64,000 nt of DNA from Felis catus (GCF_018350175.1 NC_058368.1:201316001-201380000); one strand, 5' to 3'; shown: positions 13,680 through 25,599, counted from the first letter of the stretch. Numbers and translations are program-made. Notes: generated by a model from the letters alone, not told the origin.

Positions 13680-14753
13680 ATTAAGGTTGCTACTTTATTT
13701 TGAGCAAGAAAGTGTCATAAGCAACTCCAAACTCCAAGTATCCCCCACTGATATGAAAGCTCCCCCCTACGGCATTCCCCACCCAGTTCTGGGAGAAAAG
13801 TGTCTTCTGTCTGGCCAGGCCTGTCATCTACCACGAGACCTTGCTACAAGGCAGGCGTGGCATTGACTGACATCTGCTTGCACTTGAAGAACCAGGTCCT
13901 GATGGAGCAGCTTGGCACCTGCATTCGGAGAGATGACTCTCATTCGGGTTAAAAATCGAATGCATGTGCTAACACAGGGCCACAGACCTCTGACCTTGAA
14001 ATATGTAAAACGAATGTGATTTGTCTGCATTCCCACAGTGGCTTCCGTGTAAAAATCACTTTGAGAGGAAGGCTCCTTTCATTAAAACACTCTCTGATCG
14101 AACACCCTTGCAAAGCAAAGCCCTCCCAACCCCAAGTCTACAATATAAAAGCAAGGTGAAAGGACAGGTTCTCTGCTATGATCGTGTTCAGGACATTCAC
14201 AAGGATGGGGGTGAGCTAGGCCCCAGGAGCGCCCCCCCTCCCGCTATCAGCGCCAAAACTTATATGTACCGCCCCCAAGTCTCAAAAAGGTCAGCCGACC
14301 GGTTGTAAGCGGTCCACGCCGGTTCTCCCACAAACAGCCGCATGGCTTTCACATAGTTCTTTTCCTCCAGCGTGAAGTGCTGATGAATCCCTGCAGGAAG
14401 AGTTCTCACGTCACCCTGTTCCAGGAAAACGCGGACCCACCTGTCTTCTCCGTCTCTCATATCAAGGTACCCACTGCTGCCCAAGATGTACATAGAGGAT
14501 CTCATCATCCGGTGCAGATACTCGTCACAGAACATCTTTTCTTCATGATGAGGTCATTTGTCTTTGCATATGGTTGTTATGTCGGCCCAGGAGTAGTTTC
14601 TGTCTTTTCGGATCTTTTCTAATTCTGGATCATTCTCATACTTGTCAGCATCCAGCTTCTAGTGAAGAACTCCCAGCTGGCACAGCTCCTGCAGGCGGAC
14701 CAGGCCTCCGCACGGCGGTGGGCAGACTGGTGCACGAATCGGGCCTGCAACGT
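13680..14753 (-). pseudogene. ADI1: Processed pseudogene of acireductone dioxygenase 1 (ADI1): CDS remnant ~14242-14753 plus 3'UTR
   Basis: Minus-strand translation [47 protein letters not shown]...[67 protein letters not shown] is collinear with mammalian ADI1 and has no introns. Start codon ATG>ACG (14751-14753); stops at 14659-61, 14554-56 and 14260-62; local frameshifts; AATAAA on minus strand at 13694-13699. The symbol names the parent gene. Confidence 0.95.
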
Positions 14754-15250
14754 GGCCGGGCGGGGGCGCCACGAGGACCTGTCTGTACCACGAGGGGCCT
14801 GGCCCCCTGACCCCATGCCTGCCGGCAGCTGTGGGAGGCACCCAGCAAGAGCCCATGGTTTATCCTGTTGCAGAGGCCAAGTGAGATTCCACCGCTGGAG
14901 GCGGCAACATGCGGGTGGCCTAAGACTTCTTCCTGTCTGGAAGTCACATTCCAGAGACTTTATGCGCTACGTCTCCGTCTCCAAGACTGGCTCTTGATGG
15001 TCTAAAGGGAAGATAAAAGAAAACGTGTAACACTCTTCTTCCCTTTCATGATGTATGACTTTCAAGCCTACATTCTTCTTAAAATCCTGTTGTGAATATC
15101 AGGTATTGAATAATAACTCTTCCTTTTTCTTTGCACTTTTTGGGGGTATCCTAATCTCACCACCTCTATCATACACGAATGCCTTTGGTTGATTATGTAT
15201 ATGAAAAGAGAAGAAAGTAGAATACATTATTTTTCAAACCACTGGCTGGA

Positions 15251-15464
15251 TTTTTTTTTTTTAACGTTTATTTATTTTTGAGAGAGACAGAGCATGAACA
15301 GGGGAGGGGCAGAGAGAGAGGGAGATACAGAATATGAAGTGGGCTCCAGGCTGTGAGCTGTCAGCCCAGAGCCGCGTGGTGGGCCTCTGGCTCACCAACT
15401 AGCAGGAGACCATGACTTGAGCCAAAGTTGGATGTCCAACCGGCTGAGCCACCCAGGCACCCCC
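15251..15464 (-). mobile_element. CanSINE
   Basis: T tail, gagagagacagagcatgaac...gagccacccaggcacccc. Confidence 0.92.
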
Positions 15465-16111
15465 GCCCCCCATCAGCTGGAGTTCTATCTGTTATTTATC
15501 AGCACTCTGTATGTTAATCTATATTATCTATTCATCTGTCATCTTATTGCTTGTCTATTAATCTGTGTGGCCATAATGTATAGCAATATCCTTCTTTTCA
15601 TACACATGCAAAAAGACACATCTGAAATCTTTTTCAGCAAATACTAATACCTTTTCTTCTTCCCTGTGTGATGAGATCTTGGAGATATTTTGCCTTGTTC
15701 TTTGCACTTTTGTAAGTTGCTTTTCTTCTTACATAAAAATGTAAAATGTTTATAGAAACATATTGTTCTTAGAAGTGAACTAAAATAATTCTTATCATTG
15801 GTTCCTTGAAATAATAATAGAATCCACCTTATGGTGTTGTAATGAGGATTAAATGAGATTATAGACATCAGGTGCTTCCCAGGATCTCCTGTGGTACATT
15901 GGTGACACTCCTGTAGTATTATTTCAGCCCTTCTTTTTCCTAATCACATGTAAAATTATGGACGTTGGGCTTTTTTGGGTGTATACACCCAAAATCTCAA
16001 TGTATCTTCTGGAATTGCTGGAAAATATCATCTTTCATGAAACAAATTTTGACCGTAGTTTGAAATTTTGTATCTGAAATAAAGGTAACTTTAGCAATTA
16101 AAGTGAGACCA

Positions 16112-16280
16112 GGGGTGCCTGGGTGGCTCAGTGACTAAAGGATCTGACCCTCGATTTCAGCTCAGGTCATGATCTCATGGTTCATGTGATCAAACCCCAC
16201 GCCAGGCTCTGTGCTGTGACTCTACCTCTCCTTCCCTCTGCCCATCCCCTCCTCTCAAAATAAGTAAATAAACTTTAAAT
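16112..16280 (+). mobile_element. CanSINE, internally deleted
   Basis: GGGGTGCCTGGGTGGCTCAG head, short CT tract, aaaataagtaaataaa tail. Confidence 0.88.
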
Positions 16281-18553
16281 GAAACAACAACAACAAAAAA
16301 TGTTTCACAGAATAAGAATAATTCACAAATTAAGAGACAGTTTAAAGAAATTTTAAAATCTAATCATAAAAGGGAAAATTTTAATGTAAGTACAACTATT
16401 TTCTTCTCTCCCATCTATAGCTACAGCAAACAACATATTATGAAAAACTTTGAACTCATTTTGGCGTGCATATGTCTGGTAAACCCTAAAAATAATTTAA
16501 CCATTTCAATGTAAATTTGTTAATAAACCAGATAAAACAAAACTGTAAGTGCTCAAGACTGAAGTAAAACAATGTGAAGGGATTCCGTCTGAAAATTCCC
16601 CTATTTTTTTTTTATAGTAATGATTCCCCATGGAAAGCAACAGGAAAAATATGTGTGAATTGATTCTTTGGCCATAAAATTTTTGACTCCTAAAATTCCA
16701 GATACAATTTTTAAATTATTTGTTTTTATTTGCTTTGTTTTATTTTTGTTCAAGTACTCTCATGTCCAGTTTTCCATGTATTTTCATAATAGTTGGGTAG
16801 CTTTCTCTACTTTAAAATTTTTCCATAGGTATTAATTAATTCCTTTGTTAACTCAGTTCTTACAGATTGACCTGTTCTCACGTGAACTGTTTATTAATAC
16901 CTGGGTTTGCAAACTCAAGTCAAGTGTTAACGAAACATTCCAGCTAAGGCAGAGTCCTGTGTCGTCTTCTTTTGCCATTGGATATAAGAAATACAAGCAT
17001 AAAATTCAGGAGGCTCTGAGAGGGAAGTGAGGGTTTCATTTAACCCCAAATTCTCAGATCCATTGTCAATGATCTAGTCTTAGAAGGGGGTATATGGGGG
17101 ACCCCCATTGTGTGTGGACTTCCTTTTCAGTATCTTGGATCTCTAATTGTGAAGTTGCCTGTGATGAGCACAGTAATTATTTACTGTCACAATAAATTAC
17201 ATTCCTTGAACTAGGATTTTCTATCAGTGGTTTTACGCTGATTATTTGGAGATAGTCTATACTTCTCTATCTTTAATTTAGACACCTACATTTCGGCTGT
17301 TTTATGAGATAACTAAATGAGAGCACCTTCAATAGCACTTGGGACATTAGAGACTCTCAAGAGTTGTTAGTTTTCTTACCTTTTTTCTAGACTGAGAAAA
17401 TTAATATACACTGCTCACTTTGCTAATGTAAATCTAATGAATTTTCTGGGTCATGATATTGAAAAGAGCCAAATATATACTTAGTCATTCAGAGGAAAAA
17501 GGAAGCTTTCTAATTCCTGAGCCATGAATTTCCCATTAACATTTTAATTCTTTAATCCATAGAGGAAGCCATGGCTGGCTAATAATATAATACAAAGTTT
17601 ACCTATAAATCTTGAAAAATACATTGCATATCTAATAAAGGTAGAGTCATATTTTAAAAGTAAAACGAGAACTTGTTTTATGTATAACATCCTGTAATGA
17701 CATGAGGATTTAAAAATGAACCTTTCTTTTTATTACTCTCTTATTAATTTTAAGGTGGACCTCTGAGTTAAAATATTCAGGTATGGCCACTAGGACCATC
17801 TTATGAAGAACAAAAGGGTAGAGTTTATATTTTCATCCTTGCTATTTCAGGAACCACCAGGAGGTTTATTATTTAAATCCCCTTGCTTTTGTTTCCACAG
17901 AGTAACAAAGATACATCTGAAAAACAATGAACACCATTTCTCTTTTGCCATCGTGTTCTGAATACAAATGATTACAAGAATGTTCATTCTCTTTTTTCTT
18001 TGACATTGGCTCATGCTTTTAGAATCAAGAGGGTACTGACATACAAAAATGAAGGAAGTTGGAAACTTCCTCAGAGAATAAAGTTTATTGAAATAACAAA
18101 ATACAATAGAGCAGAAAGATTCTGTTAAAAATTGGTGTGGTTGGCTTTAGGTAACATTGCTATTAAAAGGAAATTCATATTTCTCAGCCCACAGCATGTA
18201 TAAAATTAACAGTTAAAAGAACTCAGAATGAAAAAAATGTTAAAAATATATCTTGATAAAATGTTCCCTTTCCCTGTATAACTTGTAAATTAGCCATGGG
18301 AACCTCCCACTTGTACCAAACTCTCATTCTGAAAGTATACCATTAATCTTCCCTTGAGCTTCCCACGGTATTTATATCTCATTTAAATTTCCTTTATCCA
18401 CATCTTTTCTCCCTATCATTCATTCTTCTCTAATATCCTCAGTTGGCAGTGAATATCATGTTATAAAATTAATAAAGTGAATCAACAAATGGAACATTGA
18501 AAGAATGCAGTAAATATCTGACAAAGTAGAAATGATTTTTATTGTAATTCTAA

Positions 18554-18746
18554 AATTTTTTAATGTCTATTTTTGAGAGAGAGAGACAGCACAAGCAGGG
18601 GAGGGGCAGAGAGAGAATTCGAAGCAGGCTCCCCACTGTCCCTGCAGAGCCCCGAAGTGGGGTTTGCTTTCATGAATGTTGAGATGTGACCTGAGATGAA
18701 ACCAAGAGTGGGACACTTAACCCACTGAGCCACCCAGGTGCCCCTC
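18554..18746 (-). mobile_element. CanSINE
   Basis: TSD tattgtaattctaa at 18540-18553 and 18747-18760. Confidence 0.92.
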
Positions 18747-18811
18747 TATTGTAATTCTAATTTAGAGTCTCTGCATTTATATTATACCCTGGACTTTATC
18801 TTTGATCCTCT

Positions 18812-18972
18812 GGCCCCTCAGAGTGTGTTCCTTGGACCACAACCTTGCATAACCTGGAATCTTGTTGGAAATGCAAAATCTCAGGCCTTACTTAGACCCA
18901 TGAGATTGAAATCTGCATTTTAATTGAATGTGTGGCTGTTTCATTGGCTCATTAGCATTTGAAAAAAACCCT
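18812..18972 (+). mobile_element. MER5A-like hAT-Charlie MITE
   Basis: acctggaatcttgttggaaatgcaaaatctcaggcc...gaaatctgcattttaa...tttgaaaaa. Confidence 0.75.
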
Positions 18973-19490
18973 GCCAAGCCTATCCAGAAAATGATATCAA
19001 AACTTATTTTTGTTACTTGAGCTTACAACTGAAACTACAGACAAGCTTTTAACAATCTTGTCAAGGTTTAATGCTTAAATTCAATAAAACTACCTTTTAA
19101 TATTGCTAAAACGATGCTGGATAATATAGCCAGTTGGACTGAATCATTTAATTTTTAATTAAAAATTGTTTTCACTTCAGGGTGCTGTCCAATTTCCTAT
19201 TTTCCATTAGATATCAGCCATTTGGTACCTCTATTAGAGATACCTATATTTCCATTAGCTAGCTCAGAAATCTGAGAGAATGTGTTCTGCAAGACTGATC
19301 CATTGGTGGGGCTGGAAAATTCAAGTTTGTTTAATCTTCCCACCTCCCCATCCACAATATTCAATGACTTTTTTAGATGGTCTCCAATTCTTACTTTACT
19401 TTCCATTTCTCTGGCCACGTGTCTAGTCTTGCCCGTAACAAAGCTCTTGGCCTCCATCCAGTCTCTTCTGCTTTCACTGAGCTTCCTAAA

Positions 19491-19862
19491 ACAGCATTCC
19501 CTAAAGTAGGTTTACAGGAAAACCAGTCCTACACTGTAATAGTGAGAATGACTCCCCCACAGTGTTCAGTGGGCGAGCGTTTAGGAACGCTTGGTAAAGC
19601 ACAACAGGATTCTTTACCAGCAGTGGCTCATCCTTTGAAAAGCACTACACCAGAGTGTAGCCCTCAATCTGGGAAAGATTATTCTTTTTTAAATCCAAAA
19701 CTAATCCTCGACCCCAGCTTTCCTAGGCTTATGGTGATTTGGTAATCATCAATGTGCTAGAAGTAGAAGATGTTTTCAAAGGTTATTTGACCAGAGAACC
19801 TTTTTATTTTCACATAGCACCCTCAGAAACTGGGGATCTGTAACTATGTTTTTAAAAATGCA
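19491..19862 (+). mobile_element. MER103C-like hAT-Charlie element
   Basis: cagcattccctaaagt...tttaggaacgct...caggattctttac...ttatttgaccagagaacctttttt...aaaaatgc matches recalled MER103C layout. Confidence 0.6.
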
Positions 19863-20209
19863 ATTCAAAAAGCCTGCTTTCCTCATGTTCTTCTCCTATT
19901 TAGGACTCAGAATGGCTTCCCACTCCCTTCACATCAATTTCAAATTTCTGTGGTTTTTTTACCCCTTCAGGACCTACTTGATCTGATTCTGCCCTATTAT
20001 CCTACCTAGCCAAAATTATGCCCCTTGGCTTTATCCCACCCAGAGTTAGCTATCAGAAAGCCTCCCCTCATCCCTGACACCTACATAAACAATTTTGTAC
20101 CTCCCATGCCTTTGCTCACAACATTCTCTCTCCCTGGGACAAAACTTTCAACATCCCACTCAAATCTGAAGCATACTTAAGGCCCAGATAAGTTTCAGAC
20201 TTCTCTGCC

Positions 20210-20580
20210 TTAGATTGAGCTTTCTAAAACCAAACCCAGAAAAGAGGATTCGTGTGAAAGTGATGTATTTATTACGGTGGTTCAGGGAAAAGTAGGTAGG
20301 GGAGGAGGAAGTACAATCCAGGAGGAGAAGTGAGCAAGCATGGGCACCATGTGGAGTGAAGTCCCACAGAGGCTCACTTGGGCTCAGCCTCACAAAGGAG
20401 CTCTGGAGACAGTGTTGTGACATCCCTGGTTAGAGGGAGGGACAAAAAGGCACAAGTATTCCCAACTTCCCTCTGACAAAGACACCTGAGTGCTGGCTGC
20501 TGGGAACGAAAGCAACACTGAGCCTGTGAGTACAAAGCTGGTAACGCCATCAGGGTTGGCTACACAGCTATGTCATCAGC
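20210..20580. mobile_element. Ancient LTR-like relic (same family as ~3410)
   Basis: gaggattcgtgtgaaagtg...gaagtcccacagagg...ggagctctggagacagtgt. Confidence 0.5.
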
Positions 20581-21079
20581 TGCAGCTTTCCGGACCCTTC
20601 TCTAACAGTGCAGCTCTCTGTTGATGCAAGCCTCATTAAACCTGTCTCCAACATTATTTAGATTTGCACTTTCTTGCTCTCTATGTCTCTGTGTGTGTAT
20701 ATATATATTTTTTTTTCTAAGTTCAGCAAGATTGTAAACTCTTCCCCAGCAATAGTCATGCATGATAATTCTCTTGTGCATTCCCAGGCAAACTCATTTC
20801 TTTATCTAGGAAACATATTACCAAGCAAAAATTAAGCTTTGCTTGTCAAGAATGTGAGTGTGATAGTGACATGACTTCAACATCTAACAGGAGAAGAAAG
20901 GTAGAACCTGGGACTCCAGTTGGGTCAGGATTGAAGGAAAGATGATTATTTTTTACCACTAAAAATAGGAATTGAACTGGGGTAAACATTACAAAGGAGT
21001 TCATTTGGGTCATGATATAACAGAATCTCTTTTTCTAGGTTAGAAAAAAAAAGCAAGATTATTAGATACATTGTTGTGA

Positions 21080-21275
21080 GGTAAGCCCAGGATGCAATTT
21101 GGCACAAGGAGATCTGGGTCCATAGATTCACATCACCACTGAAAACAGTCAAGACTTTATTTTCTTTTTCTCTAATTAGGGTTGATGGTAACAATATTTT
21201 TCTCGACTCTTTGATTTGAGGGTTAAATGAGATAATGTATACTAGAACTTTATAAATCATAAAGCACTATTTCCG
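21080..21275 (+). mobile_element. MIR SINE
   Basis: gagatctgggt...tgagggttaaatgagataatgtat...aaagcactat. Confidence 0.65.
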
Positions 21276-22379
21276 TTTTGGTAATCATGGTAGGTATATT
21301 ACACAAACAAATAGAACAGTTGTAGTTGTTACTCAAGTGCAAACAATGTTAGAATCCAGTTAATTATTTTTTTAGAAGCCAAAAAGCTTTTAGCGAACTC
21401 AAAATTCTTAGGTGATTTTTATTTATTTAAGATTTCTACAAGTGGAAAATATTTAGCATATAATCACTACTTGAATAGTAGGTTGCTGCTTAAAAGCTCA
21501 GAGTTGGAAATCTGCATGTTTCCAATTGTATTGCCTTCCCATATCATTTCTTTACCCATCATTAAGGTAGCTTTAGCATGAGAGGCTCAAAATTGCCAAT
21601 TAATTAAAACTGTTGCCCAGCTTCCTTCAGCTGCACATATAACCCCGATTAATCTCTGCAGCTGGGTGAATGCAACCCTCGAATACCAATCTCATCTCAT
21701 AATTGGTCGCACAATGTTATACCTCTCAAATATGCAGTCTGATGTGCCAAACAAACACCAGAAAACCCCCGCTTTTCTATACTTTTTTGGCATATAGATT
21801 TATATCACATTTAATCTTTTGGAGAGCTCTTTGAAATGAATATTTGGGACAAATATTCGAGATTTTAAATTGCTTTGTTTATATTGGAAACATTCTTCCT
21901 CTGGGTGCCCCAGAGAGGACATCAAAATAATGCTACTGGTAATCTGGGCTTTCTGTCTCACTGCCAACCAGTGCCAAGAGTAACAAAAAGCAGCAAAAGC
22001 TGCTGAACAGTTTCTGGGCGCCGTGCACAAGTCCCGAGTGGTGAGCTTTGCAGTGAGCTCTAATTCCATGGTAGCCATCAATGTCATCCCCTCTCAGGGA
22101 AAACCGCATTCTTAGGCTTCATTAGGAAAAATTGGATTAACTATTATCCTGAATTTTTTGCATCTTGAATGTCACATTCAATTTTTGGCCCAGAGATTCT
22201 GACAATAGGTTACTTTTCAGTGAGCATTTACATCATGTCAGGAAGGATAGCATGCTATGTGCATTTTTTTTTCATTTGAACCCCACGTTAATTCTAGAAG
22301 CAGGTACAATTTTGATCCCACTTTCAGTGACAGAAATTGAGTTAAGAGGTGACAATAATTTCTCATCTTCAGCCACACT

Positions 22380-22800
22380 TCCCTGGAGAAGAACCAGAGG
22401 TGAGGATTCTAGGGTCATGGTTTACTAAGAAAGTACTTCCAGGAGAAACGAATATGAAAGTGGGAGAAACAGAGCAGGGAAGGGGAAAGAGCCAGTAAGG
22501 AAGACACTTGACAAGGTCTCAGAGGGTGACTTTAGCCTATGAGCACAGGGTAGCTCTGGCGTGTGAGGTGAGCCTCAATGTTACCCAAATCTGAAGCAAG
22601 GGAACTCAATCCTTCATACCTCCTCACTGCGCAGTAATTTATGGAGGCTTCCCCCGGGGGAATGTAAATTCCTAGATACTTTCTACTCTGGACAAAGCTG
22701 GCTTCTAAAATCCAAAGATGCTTCTGGCAGGGGAAACTAGGGTTGCTACTAGTAATTGGAAGAGGAAGTTCAATGAAGGAGGACTAGTGCAACCAACATT
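22380..22800. mobile_element. Ancient LTR-like relic (same family as ~3410), adjoining a minus-strand MIR piece at ~22200-22370
   Basis: gaggtgaggattc...ttccaggagaaac...cagggaaggggaaagagcca...agctctgg...gggggaatgtaaattcctag. Confidence 0.5.
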
Positions 22801-22842
22801 ATCTTGTGGAGTAACATAGCTAAAATGCAGTGAGGCTGAGGG

Positions 22843-23054
22843 TTTTTAAATTTTTTAATGTTTATTTATTTTTGAGAGAGAGACAGAGTGTGAGCAGGGG
22901 AGGGGCAAAGAGAGAGGGAGACACAGAATCCAAAGCAGGCTCCAGGTTCTGAGCCGTTAGCACAGAGCTCAGTGCGGGGCTCAAACCCATGAACTGTGAG
23001 ATCATGACCTGAGCAGAAGTTGAATGCTTAACAGACTGAGCTACCCAGGCTCTC
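22843..23054 (-). mobile_element. CanSINE
   Basis: tttatttatttttgagagagagacagagtgtgagc...ctgagctacccaggc. Confidence 0.92.
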
Positions 23055-23089
23055 TCTGACTCTAAAACTTAAGAATTTGTAAGCACTAT

Positions 23090-23503
23090 TTATATATACA
23101 CAATGGAATGCTCTCAGTGATGAAAAAGAATGAAATCTTGCCATTTGCAACAACGTGGATGGAACTGGAGGGTATTATGCTAAGTGAGATAAGTCAGTCA
23201 GGGAAAGACAAAAACCATACGATTTCACTCATATATGGGATTTGAGAAACTTAATAGATGACCATAGGGGAAGGGAAGGAAAAATAATATACAAACAGAG
23301 AGGTAGGCAAACCATAAAAGACTCTTAAATACAGGGAACAAACTGAAGGTTGATGGAGGTGGGGGGTTGGGGGAGCAGAGAAAATGGGTGATAGGCATTG
23401 AGGAGGGCACTTGGGGGGGTGAGTACTGGGTGTTGTATGTAAGTGATAAATCATAGGACTCTACTCCTGTTAGCTAACTTGACAACAAATTAAAAAAAAA
23501 AAA
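23090..23503 (+). mobile_element. Short 5'-truncated carnivore L1 3' end
   Basis: caatggaat...aagaatgaaatcttgccatttgcaacaacgtggatggaactggag, polyA; TSD aagaatttgtaagcactat (23071) / aagaattataaccactat (23504). Confidence 0.92.
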
Positions 23504-23950
23504 AAGAATTATAACCACTATCTGAAAGTTAGACAAAAGTGGTCTAACGAGTGGCAGTCAAGGTAATGGGGGTTCTGTATAAAGTGTCCCAGGAGGAGTT
23601 GACAAAATTTAACCATAAATACCAAAAAGTAAGAAAGATTAGAGAAAGAAAAGAAAGTTGTCTTGAATTAGTTTGGGGGTTATCAAGCCCTTGGAAGTAA
23701 GAGTTTGGAACTAGATTGTTTCCAAGAGCAGATAGAAAATAAAGGCTGTAAACCATAGTGAAACAGGTTGAAGCTTGATGCGAGGAAGACTTTCAGGGCT
23801 ATAGGACTTTTCTAGTAGTGGAATCAGCTGTTTCTACAAAGTTGGCCATACCTCACATTTTCAAACAGTTCAAAATATCATCCATCAAAGAGGCCCCATT
23901 TCAATGACAGCTGGTTTAAGAGATTAGCTTCTAGAGGCCTCTCATTTTCT

Positions 23951-24176
23951 TCTTTTTAAAAATTTTTTTAAAAATGTTTATTTGTTTTTGAGAGAGATTG
24001 ACAGAGTGCAAGTGGGGAGGGGCAGAGAGAGAGAGAGGGAGATATGGAATCCAAAGCGGGCTCCAGGCTCTGAGCTGTCAGCACAAAGCCTGTTGTGGGT
24101 CTCAAACTCATGAACTATGAGATCATGACCCCAGCTGACGTCTGATGCTCAACCAACTGAGCCACCAAGGTGCCCT
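23951..24176 (-). mobile_element. CanSINE
   Basis: TSD gaggcctctca(t/c)tttct at 23934-23950 and 24177-24193. Confidence 0.94.
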
Positions 24177-24352
24177 GAGGCCTCTCACTTTCTACAATGA
24201 GGACATAGTTTGGAGGAGCTGTTTGACTTGCTGACATGTCATTCCCAGACATAAATGTTATGGTGGTATTATAAATATACCCCTCTATATTATTGCAAAA
24301 ATCAAGTGTGCTACCTTCCATGTAAAATATGATATTTAAAAAGAGTCAATTG

Positions 24353-24570
24353 AGGCACCTGGGTGGCTCAGTCAGTTAAGTGTCTGACTCTTGATTTCAG
24401 CTCAGATCATGATCTCACAGTTTGTGAGATAGAGCCCCTCGTGGGGCTCACAGCGTAGAGACTGCTTGGGATTCTCTATCTCCTTCCTCTCTGCCCTTCC
24501 CCCACTCATGCCCCCCCTCAAAAAAATAAACTTTTACAAATAAACAAGTAAATAGACAATAAAATAAAAT
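24353..24570 (+). mobile_element. CanSINE, older subfamily
   Basis: TSD aaaaagagtcaattg at 24338-24352 and 24571-24585. Confidence 0.94.
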
Positions 24571-25599
24571 AAAAAGAGTCAATTGCCCTGCCTTTCCCCA
24601 ACCCCCATCACCTTTTCTGTCACATCTGTTTCTTTGTAGTAAAATGAGCCAGGTGACAGGGGGACTGCTGCATTAGGGAACTGAGTGCGTGCAAATGTCC
24701 TCTAAATGGCTTGGGATAAATCTGTACTTCATGAAATTGAAGCAAGATGATTGTAAAATAGAGTTTAAAGGGAACTAAATATCACCACTGAGAATGAGGC
24801 TGCACAATTGAGTCAAAACAACTCAAAATAACTAATCTAGTACAGACAATTCAATAATTAGTAATCCCACTTAAGGGGTAACTGTAGGCTATCCACGAGC
24901 GTTTTTACTTATGTTTTTAAGTTTTTCAAGGACTAACACTGAAGGTCTTAAATTATTCAAATTCTATGTATTTATTTTAAAAACATTGAAAATTCTGAAA
25001 AAGAGTCCTTTGTTCCAAAAAGAGGTTGTCTTTCCCTTTTCAAATAAAGTGTCACACCTAAATAGTCAATTAACAAGAACATTAATGGTAGTTAATCAAC
25101 TCAGCGGAACTACTTCGTATCTTTTAGTGCTATTTTAGGATAAAGCAGAGGGAAGTGCAGAGTTGAGCGATCACCCAGGAATCTGCAGATTCAAAGCTTC
25201 TGTGTTCTCTTTAACAAAAATGATTATCAACATTTTCTCAATGACTGACTTCATTCTCATTGGACCCTTCTATTCTTAACCTCTGCCTTTCACTCTCTGT
25301 TTCACTCTTTCTCTCTGTTCTTACCTTGCTTTAGGGAAAAAAAAAACCTCTATAATGAAAGGATGCCTAGTTTTCTGTTCCCTAATTGAAAACAAGAGTA
25401 AACAGATCAGTGGAGAGAGTTAGTGTGAGTAACAATTCCTGGGAGGGTTTTGTTGTTGTTGTTTGTTTAGTTGTTTTAAGTAAAACTATGGTACCTTTGG
25501 GCAAATCCCCATTTGATAAATGACAGCCTAGCTCATTGAAGATTCCTCTCTTCCAAGAAATTGATAGATAAGATTTCCTATGTTTTCTAAAGCGTGTTA

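Noticed and set aside
14574..14997. Several overlapping 65-111 aa ORFs on both strands
   Set aside because: Stop-poor GC-rich pseudogene 5' region; no recognisable protein beyond out-of-frame ADI1 pieces
19197..19745. ORFs of 75-122 aa
   Set aside because: Partly overlap a MER103C-like element; no recognisable domain or splice support
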